This document shows, one piece after another, positions 47,552 to 56,786 of a stretch of 64,000 nucleotides of DNA. Each line of letters starts with the position of its first letter. Within the stretch, counting starts at the first letter, position 1. Below the pieces are notes generated by a model, which was not told where the DNA came from, made no database searches, and saw only the letters and a program-made list of their open reading frames with translations. Origin of the DNA: Polyangiales bacterium. GTDB lineage: Bacteria; Myxococcota_A; Polyangia; Polyangiales; Ga0077539. Location: assembly GCA_044229975.1 (NCBI GenBank), contig JBGARZ010000022.1, positions 89,537-153,536 of the forward strand. Direction: 5' to 3'. The translations under genes were made by a program, and so were the position numbers.

Positions 47552-49180
47552 ATGACCCTCACCCGCCGCGACGTGCTCACCGCCTTCCTCGGCGCGCCCG
47601 CTGCGCTCGCGGCGTGTCGATTGACGCCGCACATACCACCCGGTGTCTTCGCGTTCTCCCCCGAGGTCGCCGGGCACGCGATGCGCGATCGCCGTGGCCC
47701 GCTGCCCACTGCCCAACGCGTCGAGCGTGCGTCCGTGGTCATCGTCGGCGCTGGCGTCGCCGGTCTCTCCGCCGCGTGGCGGCTCGCCCGCGCGGGCCAC
47801 GACGACTTCCTCCTCCTGGAGATCGACCCCGTCGTCGGCGGAACCGCCCGCAGCGGAACCTCCGCCCGCGGCGCCCACCCGTGGGGCGCCCACTACGTGA
47901 CGGTTCCCATGCGCGAGAGCCGCGCGATGGTGACGCTCCTCGACGAGATGGGCGCGCTGGAGGGTCGCACCGCCGACGGTGATCCCATCGTCGCTGAGCA
48001 GCACCTCTGCCGCGACCCGCAGGAGCGCCTCTTCCACGACGGCCGCTGGTGGCCCGGCCTCTACCTCCACTCGGGCGAGGCCGCGCAGGACCGCGACGAG
48101 CTGCGCCGCTTCCAGGCCGAGGTCGACCGCTGGGTGGCGTGGCGCGACGCGCGCGGCCGACGGGCCTTCGCCATCCCGAGCGCGATGGGCTCCGACGACC
48201 CCGAGGTCACCGCCCTCGACGCCATCTCCGCGCGGCAGTGGCTCGACGCGCGCGGTCTGCGCTCCGAGCGTCTGCGCTGGATGGTCGACTACGCCTGCCG
48301 CGACGACTACGGCTGCACCCTCGACTCGACCAGCGCGTGGGCGGCGCTCTTCTACTACGCGGCGCGGCAGCGGGCGCCGGGCGCCGAGGCGCAGCCCGTG
48401 GTGACCTGGCCCGAGGGCAACGGTCGACTCGTGTCGCACCTGCGCGGCGCGTCGCAGGGGAAGGTGCGCCTCGATGCGGCGGTCATCGACGTGGCCAGCG
48501 TCACTCGCGACGGACGCGCGGGCGCCGAGGTGCTTGCGCGCTGCGGCGACGGGTCGGTGCTGCGCGTCGACGCCGATCGGGTGATCTTCGCGGGGCCGCA
48601 GTTTGTCGCCGGTCACGTGCTGCGCGAGTACCGCGAGCGGCCGCCGTCGCACCTCGCGGCCTTCGAGTACGGCGCCTGGATGGTGGCCCACCTCGAACTC
48701 CACAAACGCCCTCGCAACAAGGGCTTCCCGGCGGCGTGGGACAACGTCATCCGGGCGAGCCCGTCGCTCGGCTACGTGGTCAACTCGCACCAGCGCCTCG
48801 TCGATCACGGCCCCACCGACTGGAGCTACTACTACCCGCTGTGCGAAGAGCCGCGGGCCGCCCGCCGCCGCCTGCTCACGCTCGACCGCGCGCAGTGGGC
48901 CGACGTCGCGCTCACCGACCTGGAGCGGGCTCACCCCGAGCTCCGTCGGATCGTCGACCGCGTCGACGTGATGCGCTGGGGCCACGCGATGGTGCGCCCG
49001 AAGCCCGGGTTACGTTGGGGCCGCGATCGCCTCGCCGCGGCGACCCCGGTGGGCAACGTGCACTTCGCGCACTCCGACCTCAGCGCGATGGCCCTCTTCG
49101 AGGAGTCGCTCGACCATGGTGTTCGGGCGGCCGAGGAGGTGCTCGCGGCGCGCGGTACGTCGGTCGTGTCGATGCGATGA
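47552..49180 (+). CDS. Tat-exported FAD-dependent amine oxidase-like oxidoreductase
   Basis: TRRDVL twin-arginine signal with LAAC, GAGVAG, GAHY, RDDYG, WPEGNG, RWGHAM and FEE. Confidence 0.85.
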   Translation: MTLTRRDVLTAFLGAPAALAACRLTPHIPPGVFAFSPEVAGHAMRDRRGPLPTAQRVERASVVIVGAGVAGLSAAWRLARAGHDDFLLLEIDPVVGGTARSGTSARGAHPWGAHYVTVPMRESRAMVTLLDEMGALEGRTADGDPIVAEQHLCRDPQERLFHDGRWWPGLYLHSGEAAQDRDELRRFQAEVDRWVAWRDARGRRAFAIPSAMGSDDPEVTALDAISARQWLDARGLRSERLRWMVDYACRDDYGCTLDSTSAWAALFYYAARQRAPGAEAQPVVTWPEGNGRLVSHLRGASQGKVRLDAAVIDVASVTRDGRAGAEVLARCGDGSVLRVDADRVIFAGPQFVAGHVLREYRERPPSHLAAFEYGAWMVAHLELHKRPRNKGFPAAWDNVIRASPSLGYVVNSHQRLVDHGPTDWSYYYPLCEEPRAARRRLLTLDRAQWADVALTDLERAHPELRRIVDRVDVMRWGHAMVRPKPGLRWGRDRLAAATPVGNVHFAHSDLSAMALFEESLDHGVRAAEEVLAARGTSVVSMR

Positions 49181-50214
49181 GCAGCCCGTGGATCTTTTCC
49201 CGCCCGGTCGACCTCGCCGTCTTCGGCGGCAGCGCGGCGCTCTCGCTCGTCGCGCTCCTCGTCGGTCACCAGCTCGGCGTCCTGCACCAGACCTCGCCCG
49301 GTTGGACCTGGGTCGCCGCCGTGCTCCTCGCCGACGTCGCCCACGTCTACCTGACCTTCTTCCGCGTGTACCTCGACCCCGACGAGCGTCGCCGTCATCC
49401 GCTGCGCTACGCGCTCATCCCGCTGCTGGCCTTCGCCGTCGGCGTGGCCCTCTACCGCGCGGGGCCGTGGGTGTTCTGGCGGGCGCTCGCGTACACGGCG
49501 GTGTTCCACTTCGTGCGGCAGCAGGCCGGGTGGATGAAGCTCTACCACCGCCGCGCGCCGGGCCTTCCGCGCTGGCGCCGGACGCTCGACCTCGCCGCGG
49601 TGTACCTGGGCGCGATCTATCCGCTGGCGTGGTGGCACGCGCACCTGCCACGTCGCTTCGAGTGGTTCGTCGAGGGTGACTTCGCGGCGCTGCCGGGCAG
49701 TGTCGCGCAGGTCGTCGGCGTGGCCTATGTGCTGACGTTGGGCGCGTACGCGGTGCTGTCACTGATGGCGTGGGCGACGGGGCAGCGCGCGCAGGCGGGA
49801 CGCGACCTGCTCGTGCTGACCACGGCGGTGTGCTGGTACCTGGGCATCGTCGCCTTCGACTCGGACTACGCGTTCACGGTGACCAACGTGTTCATCCACG
49901 CGGCGCCGTACTTCGCGCTCGTGTACCTGACGGGGCGCGCGCGCGGGGCGAAGGGAGTCTTCGCGATGGGGCCGTGGGCGCTGCTCGCGGCGGTGTGGGC
50001 ACTGGCCTTCGCGGAAGAGCTGCTGTGGGACCGCACGGTGTGGGGCGAGCGCGCGTGGCTCTTCGGCGAAGGGTGGTCGCTGGAGGGCGCGCGTTGGTGG
50101 CTGGTGCCGCTGCTCGCGGTGCCGCAGGTGACGCACTACATGCTCGACGGGTTCATCTGGCGGCGCCGCGAGAGCCCGGAGGTGGAGTCGCTGGCGAGCG
50201 GACGCGTCGCATAG
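49177..50214 (+). CDS. Uncharacterised multi-TM protein with conserved His motifs
   Basis: DVAHVY, FHFVRQQAGW, HAAPY and HYMLDGFIW; ATGA overlap with the upstream gene. Confidence 0.75.
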   Translation: MSSPWIFSRPVDLAVFGGSAALSLVALLVGHQLGVLHQTSPGWTWVAAVLLADVAHVYLTFFRVYLDPDERRRHPLRYALIPLLAFAVGVALYRAGPWVFWRALAYTAVFHFVRQQAGWMKLYHRRAPGLPRWRRTLDLAAVYLGAIYPLAWWHAHLPRRFEWFVEGDFAALPGSVAQVVGVAYVLTLGAYAVLSLMAWATGQRAQAGRDLLVLTTAVCWYLGIVAFDSDYAFTVTNVFIHAAPYFALVYLTGRARGAKGVFAMGPWALLAAVWALAFAEELLWDRTVWGERAWLFGEGWSLEGARWWLVPLLAVPQVTHYMLDGFIWRRRESPEVESLASGRVA

Positions 50215-50272
50215 GTTGCCAGTCCTCGTTGGATTCCCAACGAGTCCACGGGGCCGCTATCCTCACCGTCCC

Positions 50273-50887
50273 ATGGCGAAGCGCTTCTCGTTGCTGCGGA
50301 CCTTCGTTCTGGCCGACCTCGTCACGATGGGCAACGCGGGCTGTGGCACCGGCGCGATCTTCGCCTGCCTCGCGTACCTCGCCGAGCGACGCACCTCCTG
50401 GGCCTGGACCGCGATCGTGCTCCTGCCCGTCGCGCTCGTGTGCGACGTGGCCGACGGCAGCATCGCGCGCTGGCGTCACAAGCACAGCCCGATCGGCGCC
50501 GACCTCGACTCGCTCGCCGACGTCGTCTCCTTCGGCGTCGCGCCCGCCGTCCTCGGCTTCACGCTCGGGCTGCGCGGCGGGTGGGACGTGCTGTTGCTGC
50601 TCTACTTCGTCTGCTGCGGCATCAGCCGACTCGCGCGCTACAACGCGACCGCGGCGTCGCTGTCGGACGAGACCGGCAAGGTGAAGTACTACGAAGGCAC
50701 GCCGATTCCGACGAGCCTGCTCCTCGTCGTGATGCTCGCCGTCGCCCTCGGCACCGGCCGCGTCCACGAGCGCCTTTGGCTCGGCGCGGTGCAGCTCGGC
50801 CCGTGGGTGCTGCACCCGCTCACGCTCGCCTACGCGGTCAGCGGGAGCGCGATGGTGAGCGCGACGCTGAGGATCCCGAAGCCGTAG
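50273..50887 (+). CDS. pssA: CDP-alcohol phosphatidyltransferase (PssA-like)
   Basis: DVADGSIAR...GADLDSLADVVSFG, RLARYN and YEGTPIP. Confidence 0.85.
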   Translation: MAKRFSLLRTFVLADLVTMGNAGCGTGAIFACLAYLAERRTSWAWTAIVLLPVALVCDVADGSIARWRHKHSPIGADLDSLADVVSFGVAPAVLGFTLGLRGGWDVLLLLYFVCCGISRLARYNATAASLSDETGKVKYYEGTPIPTSLLLVVMLAVALGTGRVHERLWLGAVQLGPWVLHPLTLAYAVSGSAMVSATLRIPKP

Positions 50888-50906
50888 CGCAGGCCCGGGG
50901 CGCTGA

Positions 50907-51656
50907 TCACCGCCACGCCGTGAACATCTGCACGAGCCCGTTGTGGCTCATCAGGTCGCCCGCCGGATTGTTCGGTCGACGAATGAACTGATTGAGGTAC
51001 CCGACCTCCAACCGGAACACCCCCGGGATGAACTGGTACCCCACGCCGACGAAGGCGCGGTTCTGGTCAAAGCCGGTGTAGGCCCACTGCGGGGTGCGCG
51101 TGGTCGCGCCCGTTGGCTCGCCGCCGCTGTTGGCCAGGTGGATGAAGACCTCGTCCCACGCGACGAGCGAGAAGCGCTTTCCCGCCGCCAACGGCAGCAG
51201 CGCCCGCACCATCTGCCGCGCGCGCAGGCCAAACTCCACGTCGCCCTCGGGGTGCCGGAAGCGCTGTTCGAAGCGCGTGCGGAGCTGGAGCACGAAGCCC
51301 GACGCAGGGTGCGAGTACTGGTACTGGAGCACCTGGTAGATACGGTGCTCGTCGAAGAAGTTCGCGAGCTCGGGGGAGCGCCAGCCCGGCGTCCACGCGT
51401 AGCCGATGCCCGCGAAGAGCTGCGGCGTGAACCACCACACCAGCGCCTGGCGCACGAGCACCTGCTGCGGGGTGAAGTCGTCCCACACGCGGTACTGCAC
51501 ATCACCCACCAGGCCGAGGCGCCCCGCGACGGGGCCCTGGTAGTTGAGGGCGAGCCACGACTGGTACTGGTGCGTGAGCTCCTGCGCCGCGGCCTCGCGT
51601 GCGAGCAGGGGGAGGGCGAGGGCGGCGAGGGCGGCGAAGCGTCGAGCGGGCGTCAT
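50907..51656 (-). CDS. DUF2490 outer-membrane beta-barrel protein
   Basis: Signal peptide, EHRIYQ, RFEQRF, DEVF, FDQNRAFVGVGY and EVGYLNQ. Confidence 0.85.
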   Translation of the reverse strand: MTPARRFAALAALALPLLAREAAAQELTHQYQSWLALNYQGPVAGRLGLVGDVQYRVWDDFTPQQVLVRQALVWWFTPQLFAGIGYAWTPGWRSPELANFFDEHRIYQVLQYQYSHPASGFVLQLRTRFEQRFRHPEGDVEFGLRARQMVRALLPLAAGKRFSLVAWDEVFIHLANSGGEPTGATTRTPQWAYTGFDQNRAFVGVGYQFIPGVFRLEVGYLNQFIRRPNNPAGDLMSHNGLVQMFTAWR

Positions 51657-51756
51657 CGGGTCGAGGCATGACCCGCGGCGCCCATGGAAACAAGACCCTT
51701 CGTCGGCGGAGCGTGGCGCGCGACCAGGCGTCGGCGCGGGCCGACACCCAGGCCGA

Positions 51757-54700
51757 TCAGCGGAGGTAGGAGCAGGTCGAGTCTTCGAGGCAGGTGTGCC
51801 CCGTCGGGTCGGAGAGGTACGGGATGTCCGTCCCCACGCTGCGCAGGTAGCGGCCCACCATGTTGAACATGTAGACCGCCATGTCGAAGCCCAGCGACTC
51901 GTCGTAGATGCGACGGAAGCCGTGGATGCCCGCGGGCTGCACGTAGGGGTTCACCATCCCCGAGTTGGGCCCGGCGGGGTCGTAGGTCCACACCGACTCG
52001 TCACCGGGTTGGGCCATCGGGCGCGAGCGCCGAGACCAGCGCACCGCGGGCCCCGGGGTCATGCCGCGACCGAGCGTCACGGGCTGCATCCCTCCCATCG
52101 CCGGCGCGAGCTGATCCTGACCGTTGGCGGCGAAGAAGCTCCTGCCCTCGGACAGGTCGTCGACGTCTGCGAGGAAGGCTTCGCCGCCGCCCGCCACGGG
52201 GTGACGCATGAGCCGCGCGAGGCCCTCGATGGCGTGCATCCCGATGTAGACGTCGTTGGGCGAGGTGAAGCCGGGGTAGCGCGTGGCGAAGGACGCGGGC
52301 GCACGCCACTCGGCGAGGTGCACCGGCGCGTCGGGCGGCAGGAAGGGGACGATGCCCGCGGCGCGCGCGAGGCCGTAGCCCGTGGCGATGTTCACGTTGG
52401 GGTCGCCGTCGGTGTTGGTCACCAGCATGCTGCGCGGGCGCACCGGGACGCCCGGCGCCGTGAACGGCTCCAGGAAGACGCGCCGCGCGTAGTTGATGGG
52501 GTCGCCGCGCTCCAGCGCGATCTGCGCGAGCGTCACGAGGCGGCGGAAGTCCGGCGTCTGTCGACGGCGACCGAAGCCCGCGGTGGGAGCGACGAGGGGT
52601 GAGCCCACGGCGTACTCGGTGGTCTGGTAGCGGCCGCAGTCGGCGCAGCCCGTCGAGCCGACCTCCCACGTGCGAATCACGCGGTCGGGCGTCGGGGCGG
52701 TGCCGGTGAAGCGGCAGTCGCCGAAGTGGATGCGGTCGCGCCCGTGGCGGTAGTACTCGACCACCCAGCGGTCGCCCGCGTCGGAGGGGACGGGCACCCG
52801 GAGACGACCCGGCATCCCGCCGGTGGAGCCGCTGCACGAGACCTCGCCGTTGGTGAGGTTGCGTACGAGCAGCAGGTCGTCGCCCGCCATCTCGGCGCCG
52901 GGCAGGCACGCGAACTCCGTGCTGATGCGGTTGTTGAGCGAGGGCGCGACGATCTGGAGGCCGTAGTCACCCGCCGCGCACGAGGTGCGGCTGCTGGGGC
53001 CCATGCTCGGGACGGTGACCACCAGCGGACCCATGACGCGCACGATGAGGGCGTTGAGCACCGCGCCGTTTTCGGTGCGGATGGCGATGTCGGCGAGGCC
53101 GCCGCCGCCCACCACCGGGACGCTGGAGGTGACGGCGGGTTCGGCGCCCGTGAGCAGGGCCGACACAATGCCGCCGAGCGAGCCGCCCGACGCCGCGACG
53201 GGGGTGTTGGGGCCGCCGAGGTCGGGCGTTCCGTCGCCGTCGAAATCGCCCGCGACGTCGGCCTGGCCGTTGCCATCCATGTCGCCGGTGTACGCGGTGG
53301 GCGAACCCATGCGCGTGGTGAACGATCGCGGCTGCGCGCGGCGCCCGTCGAAGGAGCGCAGGATGCGAATCGCCTGCATCTCGTCGATGATGGTCTGCCG
53401 CACCGAGTCGCGGGTGTGGAAGAGGTACGAGGTCCAGTAGTCGGCGCCGCTGTCGGGCGAGCCGTCGCCGTCGAGGTCGCGGGCGCGCCCGAGGGTGAGC
53501 GCGTCGGCGGTGCCCGCGAGGCAGTTGGTGCTGAAGGCGCCGCGCACCAGGCTGAGCACGGTGTTGCTGAGCTCCAGGCCGTGGCCGGGGGCGTTCATGG
53601 TGACGAGCGCGTTGCCGTGCTGGAGCACCAGGCCGCCGTAGCCGAGGATCTCCGCGCTGTTGCTCCCGTGGCCGTGCATGAAGATCACGGGCGAGAAGGG
53701 CTGCCGCTGCTCGGCGGTCTGCGTGGGGATGAAGAAGGTCATGGACATGACCTCGTGGTTGACGCGGGCGCGGCCAGTCTGCGCGTCCAGCTCGAAGGCC
53801 GAGTCGAGGTCCTCGTGCTCGGGGTCGCCCAGGAAGAACGGCGTGTCGAAGACCACCGTCACGACGTGCGAGAGGCGGGCGTAGGTGCGTTCGAGGATGA
53901 CGGTCTGCGCGGGGTTGAGGCCGAGCACCGGGCCGATGGTGCGGAGCGTCGCGCGGAAGGCGTCGCCCGTGGCCACGTAGCGCCGACCGCCCGGGACGGC
54001 CTCGCAGCGGGTGCCGCCGCCGGTCATCACCATGGGGACGGCGTCGGCGGGAAACTCCGTCGCGAGGCGCGACAGGGTGCCGCGGCCGTAGAGCCCTTCG
54101 CGGATGGTGTCGAGGTCCGTGGTGGTCGACTGCGTGGTGAACGACCACGCGAGCGCGACGTCGTTCCACCCGTTGGTGGCGAGCGAGCCGTAGAGCTCGG
54201 GGTGCGCGCGGAAGTGCCGGGGCAGGGGTTCGAGCGCGGTGGTCTGGCGGACGTGGTGGACGTGGTCGAAGGGCGAGCGGATGGGCGCCCCGTTGCGCGC
54301 GCCGACGAGGCGGTTGGTGAGCACCACGGCGTAGGTGGTGCGCGGCCGCAGCGGCAGGATGGGCCGCAACATCAGGGTCTTGGTCTCGCGCTCGTAGAAC
54401 CACGCCATCCGATCGTAGGTCTCCATGGGCGTTCCCATGAGCCGACCGTCGAGGGTGTTGGGGTGGTCGAGCACGCCGTCGAAGTCGGTGTCCTCGCCGG
54501 GGTCGAGCACGCCGTTGCTGTTGGCGTCCTCCTCCATGGTCTCGAAGAGGAGGTTGGACTCGGTGCTGCGCGGGTCGTGCGCCTGGTACTGGTCGGTGTG
54601 CGCGACCGAGTACGGGAAGTTGCCGCCGTTGAGGTCGATCGGAACGGGCAGACCCGTGCTGAGGTCGATGAGGTAGATCGCGTGCCCCGGGAAGTCGCTC

Positions 54701-55077
54701 GTGTGGAAGTGCTCGCTGCCCCCTTGGCGACGCAGCAGGTCGGCGAGGTCGAGGTCCTCCTCGAAGGACACCGAGATGGGCGCGTAGGTGCCCCACCCGT
54801 CGAGCTCATCGAAGCGGCCGCGCGTGGTGCGCTCCAGCCCCGTCGGCACCACCACGCTCGCGTTGAGCCGACGCCCCGTGGGCGAGGTCGGGTCGGGCCA
54901 CGTCGCGACGTCGTTGGGCAGCGGAATCTGCGGGAGCGTCTCGGTGTAGAGGTCCCACACCACGCGGGGCCCGTTGCCTGCCGGCGTCGCGCGCCACGCG
55001 ACGGGGGAATCGTCTCCGGCGCACGCGGTCACGAGGGCCGTCGTCGCGGCCAGCCAAAGCCATCTACGAGTGTTCAT
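51757..55077 (-). CDS. Large lipoprotein with Ig-like N-terminus and lipase-type alpha/beta hydrolase
   Basis: Lipobox VTAC, PLPND, LDGWG, MHGHG, GGSLGG nucleophile elbow, and EF-hand-like DxDGDG loops. Confidence 0.75.
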   Translation of the reverse strand: MNTRRWLWLAATTALVTACAGDDSPVAWRATPAGNGPRVVWDLYTETLPQIPLPNDVATWPDPTSPTGRRLNASVVVPTGLERTTRGRFDELDGWGTYAPISVSFEEDLDLADLLRRQGGSEHFHTSDFPGHAIYLIDLSTGLPVPIDLNGGNFPYSVAHTDQYQAHDPRSTESNLLFETMEEDANSNGVLDPGEDTDFDGVLDHPNTLDGRLMGTPMETYDRMAWFYERETKTLMLRPILPLRPRTTYAVVLTNRLVGARNGAPIRSPFDHVHHVRQTTALEPLPRHFRAHPELYGSLATNGWNDVALAWSFTTQSTTTDLDTIREGLYGRGTLSRLATEFPADAVPMVMTGGGTRCEAVPGGRRYVATGDAFRATLRTIGPVLGLNPAQTVILERTYARLSHVVTVVFDTPFFLGDPEHEDLDSAFELDAQTGRARVNHEVMSMTFFIPTQTAEQRQPFSPVIFMHGHGSNSAEILGYGGLVLQHGNALVTMNAPGHGLELSNTVLSLVRGAFSTNCLAGTADALTLGRARDLDGDGSPDSGADYWTSYLFHTRDSVRQTIIDEMQAIRILRSFDGRRAQPRSFTTRMGSPTAYTGDMDGNGQADVAGDFDGDGTPDLGGPNTPVAASGGSLGGIVSALLTGAEPAVTSSVPVVGGGGLADIAIRTENGAVLNALIVRVMGPLVVTVPSMGPSSRTSCAAGDYGLQIVAPSLNNRISTEFACLPGAEMAGDDLLLVRNLTNGEVSCSGSTGGMPGRLRVPVPSDAGDRWVVEYYRHGRDRIHFGDCRFTGTAPTPDRVIRTWEVGSTGCADCGRYQTTEYAVGSPLVAPTAGFGRRRQTPDFRRLVTLAQIALERGDPINYARRVFLEPFTAPGVPVRPRSMLVTNTDGDPNVNIATGYGLARAAGIVPFLPPDAPVHLAEWRAPASFATRYPGFTSPNDVYIGMHAIEGLARLMRHPVAGGGEAFLADVDDLSEGRSFFAANGQDQLAPAMGGMQPVTLGRGMTPGPAVRWSRRSRPMAQPGDESVWTYDPAGPNSGMVNPYVQPAGIHGFRRIYDESLGFDMAVYMFNMVGRYLRSVGTDIPYLSDPTGHTCLEDSTCSYLR

Positions 55078-55187
55078 GGTGGTTCCTGAGTACCGCGTTG
55101 AGGTCTTCACCGTCGACGGGCGCCGGTAGTGTACCTTCCCCAGCCGTCCGGTTACGAGACGTCTGGAAGGAGCGTTCCCTCTCTCTC

Positions 55188-56708
55188 ATGCGACCCGCTC
55201 AGGCCCGAGGGCCGGCCCTACTGTCCTGCCTCATCGCGACGCTTCTCCCTGCGGCGGCGATGGCCCAGCCCGCGGCGCAGCCCGCAGCTCGGCCGCAGTC
55301 CGGCGTCGTCGTGCGCCTCGGCGGCGAGTACCGCCTGCGCCTCAACATGATGAGCGACATTCCGCTCCGCGCGCTGCCGCGCTCCGACGCCGCGACCACG
55401 GGGCGCCTCGGGCAGAACCTCTGGGGCGAGCAGTGGCTCCGCCTTCGCAGCGACGTGTCCGTCACGCCCAACTTCCGCATCGTCGGTCAGATGGACGTCC
55501 TCCACGGCGTGGCCTTCGGCGACCTCGCGCAGGGCGTCTCGCCCGAGGCGCGCATCCGCGAGCAGTACGGCTACCCCGGCGTTCGGCTGCGCTTCCTCTA
55601 CGTCGATTGGGAGACGCCCATCGGTCTCCTGCGCGTCGGGCAGATGGGCTTCTCGTGGGGCCTCGGCATGGTGGCCAACGACGGCGACACGCCGACCGTG
55701 TTCGGCGACTACCTCTACGGCGACCTCGTGCGCCGCGTGATGCTCGCGACGCGCCCGGCCGGTCGCAACGTTCCGTTCGTCATCGCGGTCGGCGGCGACT
55801 GGGTCGTGCGCGACCAGATCGCCGACTACGAACGCCGTGACGAGATGGCCTTCCAGGGCATCCTCGCGAGCTACTACGGCGAAGGCGAAAACCGCGTCGG
55901 CGCGTACGGCGTCTACCGCTGGCAGGAGAACCCGCTCGCCGACACCCTCAGCGCCGTCTTCGTCGACGTGTTCGCGCGCTGGGGCTTCCGCGATCGCCAC
56001 GGCGCCCGCTACTACGCCGCCATCGAGGCCGCGTACGCGGGCGGGTCGACCTCCTACGCGCGCACCGTCGAGCGCCCCGAGCAGACCATCCAGCAGTTGA
56101 TGGCGGTGCTCCAGCTCGGTCGCCTCTCGCCCAAGATCGATGTGGTCCTCGAAGGCGGCTACGCGTCGGGTGACTCCAACAGCGAGGACGCCATCCAGGG
56201 CCGCGCCACCATCGACCCCGACCACCGCGTCGGTCTCATCCTCTTCCCCGAGGTGATGGCCTCGCAGAGCGCGCGTTCGGCCTACCTCGCGCAAGACCCC
56301 ACGCTCGGCGCGCGCCCCCCGCGCGGCAGCGAGCTTCTCCCCACCAACGGCGGCGTGTCCGGCGCGGCGTACCTCTTCCCCTACGCCATCTTCCGCCCGA
56401 AGCCGTGGCTGGAGCTGCGCCTCGGCGGCGTCTTCGCGTGGTCGACCGCGGACGTCGTCGACCCCTTCGTGCAGCGCGCCTACTCCCGCTCGGAGAACTA
56501 CCGCGGCGGCACGTCCACCGCGCGCGACCTCGGCGTCGAGGTCGACGGCGCCGTGCTGCTCTCGCACCCCATCGCGACCAACCTGGTGCTCTCGGGTGGT
56601 GTCGAGGGCGGCGTCTTCGTGGCGGGCAGCGCCTTCAACGATGCGTCGGGTGAGTCGATGGGTCCGCTCGGTCTCGTGCGCTTCCGCGCCGGCCTCCGCT
56701 TCCGCTGA
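55188..56708 (+). CDS. Outer-membrane beta-barrel protein (alginate-export-like)
   Basis: Signal peptide, GEYRLR, GLLRVGQM..SWGLG, GYASGD, DLGVEVD and terminal aromatic (LRFR). Confidence 0.7.
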   Translation: MRPAQARGPALLSCLIATLLPAAAMAQPAAQPAARPQSGVVVRLGGEYRLRLNMMSDIPLRALPRSDAATTGRLGQNLWGEQWLRLRSDVSVTPNFRIVGQMDVLHGVAFGDLAQGVSPEARIREQYGYPGVRLRFLYVDWETPIGLLRVGQMGFSWGLGMVANDGDTPTVFGDYLYGDLVRRVMLATRPAGRNVPFVIAVGGDWVVRDQIADYERRDEMAFQGILASYYGEGENRVGAYGVYRWQENPLADTLSAVFVDVFARWGFRDRHGARYYAAIEAAYAGGSTSYARTVERPEQTIQQLMAVLQLGRLSPKIDVVLEGGYASGDSNSEDAIQGRATIDPDHRVGLILFPEVMASQSARSAYLAQDPTLGARPPRGSELLPTNGGVSGAAYLFPYAIFRPKPWLELRLGGVFAWSTADVVDPFVQRAYSRSENYRGGTSTARDLGVEVDGAVLLSHPIATNLVLSGGVEGGVFVAGSAFNDASGESMGPLGLVRFRAGLRFR

Positions 56709-56786
56709 AATCCGCCGCGTCACTCGACGCTCCCCCAGGTGCGCGCTATCCCAACTGACTCTCAGGGGGAATCGCGAGGCACCGCC

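Noticed and set aside
39023..55089. Long Arg/Gly/Pro-rich alternative ORFs (e.g. 39023-41392, 47507-48985, 52726-55089)
   Set aside because: Stop-poor shadow frames expected at very high GC; they overlap well-supported genes and have no motifs.
55134..55170. Hairpin between the divergent lipase-like and barrel genes as an ncRNA
   Set aside because: Short imperfect stem, plausible by chance at this GC content; no recognisable family.
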